This document shows, one piece after another, positions 40,786 to 49,335 of a stretch of 64,000 nucleotides of DNA (position 1 is the first letter of the stretch; each line of letters opens with the position of its first letter). The stretch is from an uncultured Bacteroides sp. (GTDB lineage Bacteria; Bacteroidota; Bacteroidia; Bacteroidales; GCA-2748055), in contig CAYWGP010000171.1 in assembly GCA_964458155.1 (NCBI GenBank), positions 11,073 to 75,072 of the forward strand, written 5' to 3'. The notes under the pieces are model-generated. The model did no database searches, was not told where the DNA came from, and saw only the letters and a program-made list of their open reading frames with translations. Position numbers and translations under genes: made by a program.

Positions 40786-42138
40786 ATGAGAAACTTAAAG
40801 AATGGTTCAGTACGGATTGTTTTCTTAATAATACTATTAAGCGCTGTGATTGGGTGCACTAATTACCAGATTCCAGGGAGTACTTCACCTGGACCAGAGG
40901 AAAACAATTGTGAGACGTGCCATACTGACTATGACCGCCTGGTAGAAGTATATACACCTGATACAGTGGCTCCTGTAAAGGGCTACGGTGTGGAGGCCCC
41001 TCAGTATGCGCCCTATGACCGGGTTTTTTTAGGAGGTAGCGGCTATGATTCTTATAAAGCATCGGGACACTACGCGGTAGGTTGTACAGGCTGTCATAAC
41101 GGCGATGGTGGTACCGGGGAGAAAGATCTTGCTCATACGGGGGATTTCATTTCCCATCCTTCCCAGTTCTATGAAGACAAATGCGCTGCCTGCCACCAGG
41201 ATATTACAAATGATTTTACAAGCAGTATTCATAATGGTACAGGTTTGAAACGTATGGTGGCTATGCGAAGCGGGCTAAGTGGGGCTTCCGAATTTGATCA
41301 GCTTCCACAGCATCAGATAGATGGCTACAATGATAATTGTGCAATATGTCACGGAGACTGTGGTAACTGTCATGTGGTCAGGCCACCCATGAGTGGTGGG
41401 GGATTGGCAGATGGTCATAATTTTAATAAAACACCCGATATGTCCAATGTCTGTCTGAGCTGTCATGCCGAAACTATAGGTCATGATTTCCAGGGTATCG
41501 ATCCGGCTACTGAGCCTGATATTCACCTGACTCTGAATGACTTTGATTGTCTTAGTTGTCATGACGGCCCTGAATTGCATGGGGATGGTCAGCCAGTGGA
41601 CCAGCGCTATGCTTACGCTGAGCTCCCCGAGTGTGAGAGTTGCCACACCGGAATAGAAACTGCAAATAACTTTCATACGGTACATATTGGCGATTTCAAT
41701 TGCCAGGTGTGCCATTCCCAGGACTTCAATAACTGTGGCAGCTGCCATATCGGAGGTGATGACGCCAGAATCCCTGCATATCTGGGTTTCAAGATCGCAG
41801 TCAATCCGCTACCCGATCTGATGGATTATTCATTTACTTTGGTCAGAAGAACAACGACTGCCCCGGATAACTGGGTAGAGTATGGTGTGGCTGAGTATGC
41901 AGACTTTGATGTGCATCCAACATATAACTATGCATCCCCCCATAACATTTTAAGGTTGACCGACCGGACTGATGTAGGAACAGAAAGTTGTAATTCTAAT
42001 TGCCACATCCGCAAGGAAGGGGAGACATACGTGAACAAAGAACTGTATCTGTTCCAGTCTGACCTGCTGGACTGGGAGATGGATGCAGATAGTGCTATCA
42101 TTGTTGATGGTAAGCTGCCCGACTACTGGATGAACTAA
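40786..42138 (+). CDS. Decahaem c-type cytochrome lipoprotein with an additional CX3CH motif, paralog 1
   Basis: ATG at 40786 gives MRNLKNGSVRIVFLIILLSAVIGC, a lipobox. There are ten CxxCH motifs plus C-terminal CNSNCH. Confidence 0.9.
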   Translation: MRNLKNGSVRIVFLIILLSAVIGCTNYQIPGSTSPGPEENNCETCHTDYDRLVEVYTPDTVAPVKGYGVEAPQYAPYDRVFLGGSGYDSYKASGHYAVGCTGCHNGDGGTGEKDLAHTGDFISHPSQFYEDKCAACHQDITNDFTSSIHNGTGLKRMVAMRSGLSGASEFDQLPQHQIDGYNDNCAICHGDCGNCHVVRPPMSGGGLADGHNFNKTPDMSNVCLSCHAETIGHDFQGIDPATEPDIHLTLNDFDCLSCHDGPELHGDGQPVDQRYAYAELPECESCHTGIETANNFHTVHIGDFNCQVCHSQDFNNCGSCHIGGDDARIPAYLGFKIAVNPLPDLMDYSFTLVRRTTTAPDNWVEYGVAEYADFDVHPTYNYASPHNILRLTDRTDVGTESCNSNCHIRKEGETYVNKELYLFQSDLLDWEMDADSAIIVDGKLPDYWMN

Positions 42139-42228
42139 AGTCAGTTTCAGGCTTCAAATTTGCTGACTGATTGATTTCTGTAATCTGGGGATCTTTCGGA
42201 CCCGGATATGATAAAATCATGAAATTTA

Positions 42229-42270
42229 CTGATTTGAATCAGCTTCAGACTGCACCTAAATCAGTTTAAA
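42229..42270 (+). promoter_or_regulatory. Conserved 42-nt block with a palindromic FNR-like box, CTGAT-TTGA-ATCAG, copy 2
   Basis: CTGAT/ATCAG are perfect inverted half-sites with N4 spacing. The block starts exactly 183 nt before the ATG at 42412. Confidence 0.55.
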
Positions 42271-42411
42271 TACAGTGGCTATTTCAATTGTTTTTCCTTT
42301 CACAAATGCCCTAAATACCCAATCTTTACAGCGGTTAATACCATGATTGTCTATTGATTATTTTGTGTGTTAACTACTTCATTTATAATGGATTATTAGA
42401 TTAGAAAAAAT

Positions 42412-43776
42412 ATGAGAAACACAAAGTTTTTTTCAGGGCTGGCCCTATTGTTGATGGTGTTTTTAATTGCCGGGATCGGGTGCACGAATTACCAGGTTCC
42501 GGGAAGCGGGAATAATGGAGAGATCTCTGCCAACTCCTGCGAGGGATGCCACACGGATTATGACCGTCTGGTTGCTGTGCATTCACCTGATACTGCTGCG
42601 CCGGTTGGAGGTTGTGGTGGAGAGGCTCCTCATTACGAGCCATACGACCGGGTTTATCTTGGTGGGACGGGATATGACTCTTTTAAAGCTTCCGGTCATT
42701 ACAGTGTTGGATGTACAGGATGCCATAATGGAAATGGGAAGACGGGTGATAAGAATGAGGCCCATTCGGGTGATTGGATTTCCTCACCCTCCCTTGATCA
42801 CCAGGAGAAATGTGTTACCTGTCATGAGAGTGTAAGCGATGGTTTTGTCACCAGTATTCACAATGGAACCGGACAGAAGCGAAAGGTAACCATGCGATCG
42901 GGATTGGCAGGACCGGAAGAATTTGATCAGCTGCCCGCACACCAGATAGATGGCTATAACCAGAAATGTTCGGTATGCCATGGTACCTGTGGAAATTGCC
43001 ACGTTGTACGCCCCGACATTGCCGGGGGAGGCTTATCCAATGGACATAATTTCAATAAGACCCCGGATTGGTACAATATATGTTCGGCCTGCCATGTATC
43101 CAGGGGTGCGCACGCATTCCTTGGTGTGAATCCGGAAACTGAACCTGACTTTCACAGAGATGAGTTAGATTTTACCTGCCTGACATGCCATGATGGTGTT
43201 GAGCTTCACGGTGACGGACAGCCGGTAGAGCAGCGTTATGCCTATACCGAGCTGCCCGAGTGTGAAGATTGTCATGAGGGACTGGAAAGGGAGAACAATT
43301 TTCACTCGATGCACTATGACGATTTTCAGTGTCAGATCTGCCACTCTCAGGATTATAACAACTGTGGCGAGTGCCACATTGCAGATGGCCATGCTGAATA
43401 TGGGCCATATATGGACTTTAAGATCGCCATGAACACAATTCCTGATATTAAGGAACATAAGTTAGCCCTGGTTCGCCGCACCCTTGCTTACCCCGATAAC
43501 TGGGTGGGCTTTGGAGAGGATCTTACATATGATAACTTTGAGGAGTTTCCAACCTATAATTATACCACTCCTCATAATATACTGGAGAGAACCACACGCA
43601 CAGATGTGGGTAGTGGAGCCTGTTATTCCAATTGCCACATACGCAATGAAGGTGGAACACTGATTAATTCAGAGTATTATCTCTGGAAAGACAGTCTGCT
43701 TACATGGGAACTGGAGGCCACTCAGGCTTATGCTGTGGACGGGCAATTGCCAGCCTCCTGGTTCGAAGAAAAATAG
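42412..43776 (+). CDS. Decahaem c-type cytochrome lipoprotein with an additional CX3CH motif, paralog 2
   Basis: Lipobox MVFLIAGIGC. All ten CxxCH motifs sit at the same relative spacing as in paralog 1. The C-terminus has CYSNCH. Confidence 0.9.
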   Translation: MRNTKFFSGLALLLMVFLIAGIGCTNYQVPGSGNNGEISANSCEGCHTDYDRLVAVHSPDTAAPVGGCGGEAPHYEPYDRVYLGGTGYDSFKASGHYSVGCTGCHNGNGKTGDKNEAHSGDWISSPSLDHQEKCVTCHESVSDGFVTSIHNGTGQKRKVTMRSGLAGPEEFDQLPAHQIDGYNQKCSVCHGTCGNCHVVRPDIAGGGLSNGHNFNKTPDWYNICSACHVSRGAHAFLGVNPETEPDFHRDELDFTCLTCHDGVELHGDGQPVEQRYAYTELPECEDCHEGLERENNFHSMHYDDFQCQICHSQDYNNCGECHIADGHAEYGPYMDFKIAMNTIPDIKEHKLALVRRTLAYPDNWVGFGEDLTYDNFEEFPTYNYTTPHNILERTTRTDVGSGACYSNCHIRNEGGTLINSEYYLWKDSLLTWELEATQAYAVDGQLPASWFEEK

Positions 43777-43825
43777 CAAACAATTCCAACAATAGAAAAT
43801 AATGTTTAACCAAATCACTATTAAA

Positions 43826-44815
43826 ATGAAGATTATATCGAAGATGAAATTTTGGATGTTAGCCATCCTGGTTGTTCCATTTTTCCTGGTTTCCTGCGAC
43901 AATGATGAGGATCCCGAAGAGGTAAATGAAGCTGAAGTACTCATTGAATACATGGAAAATCCGGGATCGCCGGCTGCCAACTATGGCAACTCAGGTCTTG
44001 CTATCAAGAGTGCCGAGGCTACTCATGCAGGAGTGGTTGCGGACAATGTATATGTCATTGACATTCGAGCTGCTGCTGATTACACTACCGGTCACATCGA
44101 AGGAGCAGTAAATCTTGCTGCTGCTGATGTGAGGGCTCATATTGATGCCACCGATCTAAGCGCTTTCAATGAAATTCACATTGTATGTTATACCGGTCAG
44201 TCTGCTTCCTGGCTGACCAGCCTCCTGCAGCTGGCAGGTTACAAAAACGTTTATTCCATGAAATGGGGAATGAGCGGATGGCACTCTGACTTTGACAAAT
44301 GGACCGCAAATACCAACAGCGACAAGGCCACCCTTTTTGTAGAAGCTTCGACTGATAAAGCTGCTGAAGGAGATCTTCCTGTCCTGACTACCGGTTATGA
44401 AGAAGGAGTAGATATCTTTGAAGCCCGTTATGATGCAGTACTGGCCGAAGGTTTTGGCCCAGCCGCAGTTTCTCAGGGTGATGTATATGCCAGCCTGGAC
44501 AATTATTACATCATTAATTACTGGCCTAATGCTGAGTACATTGATCCGGGTCACATCGATGGCTCCATGCAGTATACTCCCAACGAGGACCTTCAGTTGG
44601 GCACTTACTTAAAGACTCTGCCTACCGACAAAACTATCGCTGTGTATTGCTATACCGGGCAGAACAGTGCAAGAATTGCAGCTTATCTGAGGCTTATGGG
44701 ATACGATGCCAAGTCACTGAAGTTTGGGGCCAACAGTATGATCTGGTCTGAGATGACCAAATCCAAGTGGACTCCTGAAGCACCAATGCAATATGATTAT
44801 GTTGGAATGAAATAA
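43826..44815 (+). CDS. Tandem-rhodanese (sulfurtransferase-like) lipoprotein
   Basis: Lipobox VVPFFLVSC followed by an acidic DNDEDPEE tail. There are two rhodanese domains, each with a catalytic-loop Cys (VCYTGQSAS, YCYTGQNSA). Alternative starts are at 43802 and 43844. Confidence 0.85.
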   Translation: MKIISKMKFWMLAILVVPFFLVSCDNDEDPEEVNEAEVLIEYMENPGSPAANYGNSGLAIKSAEATHAGVVADNVYVIDIRAAADYTTGHIEGAVNLAAADVRAHIDATDLSAFNEIHIVCYTGQSASWLTSLLQLAGYKNVYSMKWGMSGWHSDFDKWTANTNSDKATLFVEASTDKAAEGDLPVLTTGYEEGVDIFEARYDAVLAEGFGPAAVSQGDVYASLDNYYIINYWPNAEYIDPGHIDGSMQYTPNEDLQLGTYLKTLPTDKTIAVYCYTGQNSARIAAYLRLMGYDAKSLKFGANSMIWSEMTKSKWTPEAPMQYDYVGMK

Positions 44816-44860
44816 GCAAAAGTACTTTGATGCTAGTTTTAACATAGTAAGCTACAACTA

Positions 44861-44894
44861 TAAGGGTGCTCCTGTTTGGGCACCCTTATTTGTT
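44861..44894 (+). terminator. Rho-independent terminator after the rhodanese gene
   Basis: TAAGGGTGC (44861-44869) pairs with GCACCCTTA (44880-44888), followed by TTTGTT. Confidence 0.7.
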
Positions 44895-45077
44895 CTTTAT
44901 ATATCCGGGTTCCCAATAATTTTAGCCTTGCACCGCTTCAGGATCGGAAAAACAAAGAATTTATAATGGTTATAGATTAGGCATTCCGGGCAATTTTGGC
45001 CCGGATATTGAATTATAATTGATAAGAAATAGATTATTTTAGCGAACAAGTCTGAAATTATCAAAAAACAATTAGCT

Positions 45078-45605
45078 ATGTTGACAAAACGAATATTCAC
45101 TTTAGCCTTGATGGTCTTCTTTGCAGGGAGTGCACTGATGGCCCAGAATTTCAAGTACATTGGAGCAGCAAAATGTAAAATGTGTCATGTGAAGCCCGCT
45201 ACAGGTGAACAGTACAATATTTGGTTAAAAGGTCCCCATGCAGGAGCCATGAAAACCCTGGCCGGTGATGAAGCAAAGAAAATTGCCACTGAAAAGGGAA
45301 TTGCTGATCCCACAACGGATGCAGCCTGTATCAGCTGTCACGCTACTGTTGCCGGTGTTGATGCCAAACTAATTGCCAGTGCAAAAATGGATGAGGGTGT
45401 TTCCTGCGAAACCTGCCACGGACCAGGAAGCATGTACAAGGGAGCTTCGGTTATGAAGAACCGTGATCTGGCCCTAACAAAAGGAATGATAATTCCTACG
45501 GAGGAGACATGTACAGCCTGTCACAATGAAAAGAGTCCTACCTTTAAGGGCTTTAATTACACTGAGATGTTAGCTAAGATTGCTCATCCCAATCCTGCAA
45601 AATAA
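45078..45605 (+). CDS. Tetrahaem c-type cytochrome (cytochrome c554-like small multihaem protein), secreted
   Basis: 175 aa with a Sec signal peptide (AGSALMAQN) and four CxxCH motifs (CKMCH, CISCH, CETCH, CTACH). Confidence 0.88.
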   Translation: MLTKRIFTLALMVFFAGSALMAQNFKYIGAAKCKMCHVKPATGEQYNIWLKGPHAGAMKTLAGDEAKKIATEKGIADPTTDAACISCHATVAGVDAKLIASAKMDEGVSCETCHGPGSMYKGASVMKNRDLALTKGMIIPTEETCTACHNEKSPTFKGFNYTEMLAKIAHPNPAK

Positions 45606-45642
45606 CAAGGAGTACAATATTTATCTAATTTTATTAATTTTG

Positions 45643-45676
45643 AAAGTCCTCTGGTAAGGTCACCAGGGGACTTTTA
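45643..45676 (+). terminator. Rho-independent terminator after the tetrahaem gene
   Basis: 12-bp stem, AAGTCCTCTGGT / ACCAGGGGACTT, with one G-U pair and a 6-nt loop, followed by TTTT. Confidence 0.7.
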
Positions 45677-45690
45677 CATATAAAAGGATT

Positions 45691-46389
45691 ATGAAAGGAA
45701 TAATAAAAATTTTGATTATCGCCATAGTAGCGATTGCCACAGCTTGCAGCAGCCCAAATGCTGATGGGACTGTAAGTGTAAAAGTGCAGGACGTGGAGCA
45801 GGTAGAAAACTATACTTATCTTCTGGTAAAGGGGAAAGGCCCCGCCTACTGGATTGCCGTCAGCTCTACTGAAATTGGGATCGGCGAAAAGATAACCTAC
45901 ACAGGTGGTATGCTTATGGAAAATTTCTACAGCAAGGAGCTGGACAAGACCTTTGAAAAGGTGATTTTCCTGGATGGTGTTGGAGGAAGTGCTCCGGCTG
46001 CCATGGAGGATATGCCTTCTATGCCTGTTACACCTGGCGTCTCACAGGGTTCAACTGTAAAAAGCGACAAGCTCGAAATTAATATTGAAGCTGAGGAGGG
46101 AATAGTCACCATTGGGGAATTGTACGCAAACCCCGGGGCCTATGAAGGAAAAACAATCCGTGTCAGGGGTGAAGTGGCGAAATACAATCCCGGTATCATG
46201 GAACGGAACTGGGTTCATCTCCAGGACGGGACCGAAGCAGAAGGCAAATATGATCTTACGATAACTTCTACTGAAGCCTTTCAGGTGGGCCAGGTGCTGA
46301 CCATTGAAGGTATTCTTGCTGCGAACAGAGACTTTGGTTATGGATACAGTTACGAGATCATTATGGAGGAAGCAACAATTGTAAAGTAG
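45691..46389 (+). CDS. Uncharacterised lipoprotein with two beta-rich halves (possibly OB-fold-like)
   Basis: 232 aa with lipobox AIATAC followed by SSPNADG. The second half reads GKTIRVRGEVAKYNPGIMERNWVHLQDGT. I recognise no cofactor motif. Confidence 0.7.
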   Translation: MKGIIKILIIAIVAIATACSSPNADGTVSVKVQDVEQVENYTYLLVKGKGPAYWIAVSSTEIGIGEKITYTGGMLMENFYSKELDKTFEKVIFLDGVGGSAPAAMEDMPSMPVTPGVSQGSTVKSDKLEINIEAEEGIVTIGELYANPGAYEGKTIRVRGEVAKYNPGIMERNWVHLQDGTEAEGKYDLTITSTEAFQVGQVLTIEGILAANRDFGYGYSYEIIMEEATIVK

Positions 46390-46482
46390 TCCGGGGAGGA
46401 AGCCTATAATTATTTGAAAAAGAGCCCGGCTTGCGAGCTCAACAGCGTTAATTTCAGCGACGAGCGGGAAGCCTAACACAGA

Positions 46483-46510
46483 AGAGGCCGTATCTTAGGA
46501 TACGGCCTCT
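46483..46510. terminator. Bidirectional terminator between convergent genes
   Basis: AGAGGCCGTATC-ttag-GATACGGCCTCT, a perfect 12-bp stem. Confidence 0.75.
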
Positions 46511-46533
46511 TACTTTTGTGCAATTATACCTTC

Positions 46534-49335
46534 TTAATGTACTCCTCCTGCAATGAGAGTGTAAACAATAGCTATGATCAGGAGGATCCCAATGATCAGT
46601 GCCGTAAATCCCAGGATTCTAATCATGCGCATGTAATCTTTGGAGAATTCTTTCGCATGGACTCGTTGATCCAGCTTTCCGGCCTCTTTTAATTCCTCGT
46701 ATTCCCGGGGACGTTCATGTTTGAAGTGTTCAAGGGGCATATATCCCGTAAATATTACGGTATCCATGGGGAAAGCTTCCGGCCTGAAATGTGTATTGAA
46801 GAAGTGGATGGTGAAAATAAATCCAACCGCCAGCAGCGCTTCATCACTGTGAATGATCTGGCTTATATTGATGAGCCATCCCGGGAAGAAACGGGTGAAG
46901 AATACCGGGAACCACAGTACAAGGCCGCTGAATCCGATTACTGCAACCCCCCAGAAGACAGCAATGTAGTCAAACTTCTCCCAGTAGGTCCATCTGCCAT
47001 AATAAGGCCTGGGACCTTTTCCAAGGAACCATTTTATAGTGGCAACGAAATCCCTTATATCCTGCTTGTTGAACCAGAGAGTGTCTTTGCCAAAAATAAA
47101 TTTGGTCATGGAAAGCCTTTTCCTCCTTTTCTCCCGAATCAGGTTAAAAATGTGGAAGGCGAAATAGCCAAAGGTGATTACAGCACCAATGCGATGTAGC
47201 ACGCCGGCAGTTTGGACACCTCCAAAGAACCTGGACAGAAACTTTGCCCAATCCATATGGGCAAACTTCAGCATCATTCCGGTCACGGCCAGAAGGATGA
47301 AACTAATAATTACGAAAATATGCGTGATCCGTTGGTTCTTGCTGAAGCGTTTATAGTAGAGATTCCCGGTTTCTTTGGGTCCTTCTTTCCTCTTTTTCCG
47401 TCTTTCTTTTACAGATCTGGGCAACCACATCAGGAGGTGAATTCCGAAGAAAGTAAATACACCCAGCAAAAGTGCGGTCATAAAGATATATGCATAATGC
47501 AATTTTGGATCATCTTTATGAGTGGCATGGCTCAAATAACCAGTAAAACGTTTGTTTGCTCCCTCATGGCAGCTTCCACAGGTTGTCACCAGGTTTTCTT
47601 CAGAGACCATGGATGCCGGGTTATTGGCCTTCAGGATATTGTGCGCACCATGACAATCGGAACACCTGGCGCTTTCATAGTAGCCCAGCTGATAGGCTTT
47701 GCCATGATAAGTTTGCATGTACGTTTTTGCCGTTTCCTCATGACAGGATCCACACTGGTGAGTAACTTCATTCATAAATTTATCCTGTCCAACAGTAGAA
47801 ATCTCATGTGCACTGTGACATTTAACGCAGGTGGGATACTCAGTACCCTGGGGGTCGGTTCTGTAGGCATGGTCGCTTTCCAGGTAGGTCTCATAGATTC
47901 CTTGATGACAGACCCCGCAGGTCGTCTGAACATTTGCAGGATGTACCGAAGAGCGTTCATCCTCCATTTTCAGCTCCATGTGGGAGGTGTGGCAGTCGGT
48001 ACATACAGCACTTACCGTTAATCCTTTGCCTGTGAGCCCCATGCCATGGACACTGGAGGAATAATCAGCCAAAGCATTGGTCTCAAGGATACCCTCCACC
48101 TCGGCTGCTAAGCCGTCCTCTCGGTGACATTCTCCGCACAATTGGGGGATTGCCATTCTGTAAACAGGGGAGGTGTCGTCGTATTTGGATTTAGTTGCAT
48201 GTGTCCCGTGACAATCGGTGCAGTAAGGGGCGTTTGCCTGATTATTATAATACGCCTGGCCATGCCCGCTTTCAAAGTACATACCAGAGATCTCGGCATG
48301 GCAGGATGAGCAGTCCACCGGCTGGTTGGTGGAGCAGGGGCGTTGCAGATGATCGGTAACCTGAGTATGACAATCGGTACACTGGATATTCTTGTGTACT
48401 GAATTGGGGAGCTCACGATTATCCCGGAATAAGGAAACAGTATCCCCCCCGACTATCTTATGCAAATTTTCATCCTGGTGGCACTTCATACATGCCTGGT
48501 CAGATATCCTGGCCTGAATCTTGGGTACGTCCACAATATGGGGCGGGTGACAGGAAGAACAGGCTGGAATGATACTTGGATTCTTCTCCCACAGCTCGCC
48601 CTTGATTACCTTTTTATGGGCTTCCTCAATTCTTGTGTGACATTTCATGCAGGTACCGGCAATCCTGTTTGTGGAAATGGAGGAATTGGGACTGGTATGA
48701 GGAAGCACCAGGTGGTTGCCGTGACAGTCGTTGCAGGTGGCAGTTACTACCAGTCCGGCTTCAAATAAGCCCTGGCCATGAATACCCTGGGTATAGTTCT
48801 CCACGATATTGTGTTCAGATACATCATATACCCTGGCCACAACCTCGCCCTCTTTGTGGCATCTTCCACAGAGGTAGGGAATATTCATCTTATAGGTGCG
48901 GGATGCTGTATTGCTGTTATGCAGGATATCGTGGTGACCGTGGCACTCCTTGCAGCTGGGAGCATTGGAATCATTACTTAAGAGAGCCTGTCCATGGACA
49001 CCTCTTACATTATTTTCCATCTCAACAGTATGGCAGCTTCCGCAATTGACCGGTTTCAGATCATCGGCATGGGGAAAACCTTCATCGGCAGCATCGGAAT
49101 GACAGGAGATACAGGTGTTGCTGTGGTGAACCGAGTGTGCAAAGATGGAGGTATCCACAAACATGGACACGGTCCTGCCATGGAGTAAACCGGTCAGTGA
49201 GCGGTCCTCATGGCACATCATACAATCCTCATCGGCCTGTGCAGTTACCAGGCCTGAAAACGAGCCTGCTACTATGAACAGAATGAACCAGAATGCCCTG
49301 GTTCTGGAGAGTGAAAACAAGTAATTATTGGTCAT
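46534..49335 (-). CDS. 19-haem c-type cytochrome fused to an integral-membrane cytochrome-b-like domain (CbcL-like quinol:cytochrome module)
   Basis: 933 aa with a signal peptide and 19 CxxCH motifs in aa 38-590, many of the paired form CxxCHGxH. From about aa 611 there are 5-6 TM helices with conserved His ([32 protein letters not shown]). Confidence 0.9.
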   Translation of the reverse strand: MTNNYLFSLSRTRAFWFILFIVAGSFSGLVTAQADEDCMMCHEDRSLTGLLHGRTVSMFVDTSIFAHSVHHSNTCISCHSDAADEGFPHADDLKPVNCGSCHTVEMENNVRGVHGQALLSNDSNAPSCKECHGHHDILHNSNTASRTYKMNIPYLCGRCHKEGEVVARVYDVSEHNIVENYTQGIHGQGLFEAGLVVTATCNDCHGNHLVLPHTSPNSSISTNRIAGTCMKCHTRIEEAHKKVIKGELWEKNPSIIPACSSCHPPHIVDVPKIQARISDQACMKCHQDENLHKIVGGDTVSLFRDNRELPNSVHKNIQCTDCHTQVTDHLQRPCSTNQPVDCSSCHAEISGMYFESGHGQAYYNNQANAPYCTDCHGTHATKSKYDDTSPVYRMAIPQLCGECHREDGLAAEVEGILETNALADYSSSVHGMGLTGKGLTVSAVCTDCHTSHMELKMEDERSSVHPANVQTTCGVCHQGIYETYLESDHAYRTDPQGTEYPTCVKCHSAHEISTVGQDKFMNEVTHQCGSCHEETAKTYMQTYHGKAYQLGYYESARCSDCHGAHNILKANNPASMVSEENLVTTCGSCHEGANKRFTGYLSHATHKDDPKLHYAYIFMTALLLGVFTFFGIHLLMWLPRSVKERRKKRKEGPKETGNLYYKRFSKNQRITHIFVIISFILLAVTGMMLKFAHMDWAKFLSRFFGGVQTAGVLHRIGAVITFGYFAFHIFNLIREKRRKRLSMTKFIFGKDTLWFNKQDIRDFVATIKWFLGKGPRPYYGRWTYWEKFDYIAVFWGVAVIGFSGLVLWFPVFFTRFFPGWLINISQIIHSDEALLAVGFIFTIHFFNTHFRPEAFPMDTVIFTGYMPLEHFKHERPREYEELKEAGKLDQRVHAKEFSKDYMRMIRILGFTALIIGILLIIAIVYTLIAGGVH

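Noticed and set aside
45052-45064. Possible FNR-like box CTGAA-ATT-ATCAA upstream of the tetrahaem gene
   Set aside because: The half-site spacing is N3 (TGA-N5-TCA) rather than the N4 (TGA-N6-TCA) seen in the other three boxes, so it is probably a chance match in AT-rich DNA.
44897-45160. 87-aa minus-strand ORF upstream of the tetrahaem gene
   Set aside because: It spans AT-rich promoter DNA and overlaps the real start of the tetrahaem gene. Its translation is low-complexity.
47212-48021. 269-aa plus-strand ORF, and several others (46717..47199, 48460..49188), inside the 19-haem cytochrome gene
   Set aside because: These are antisense shadow ORFs of a gene with unmistakable CxxCH periodicity on the minus strand. 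Their translations are low-complexity with no motifs.
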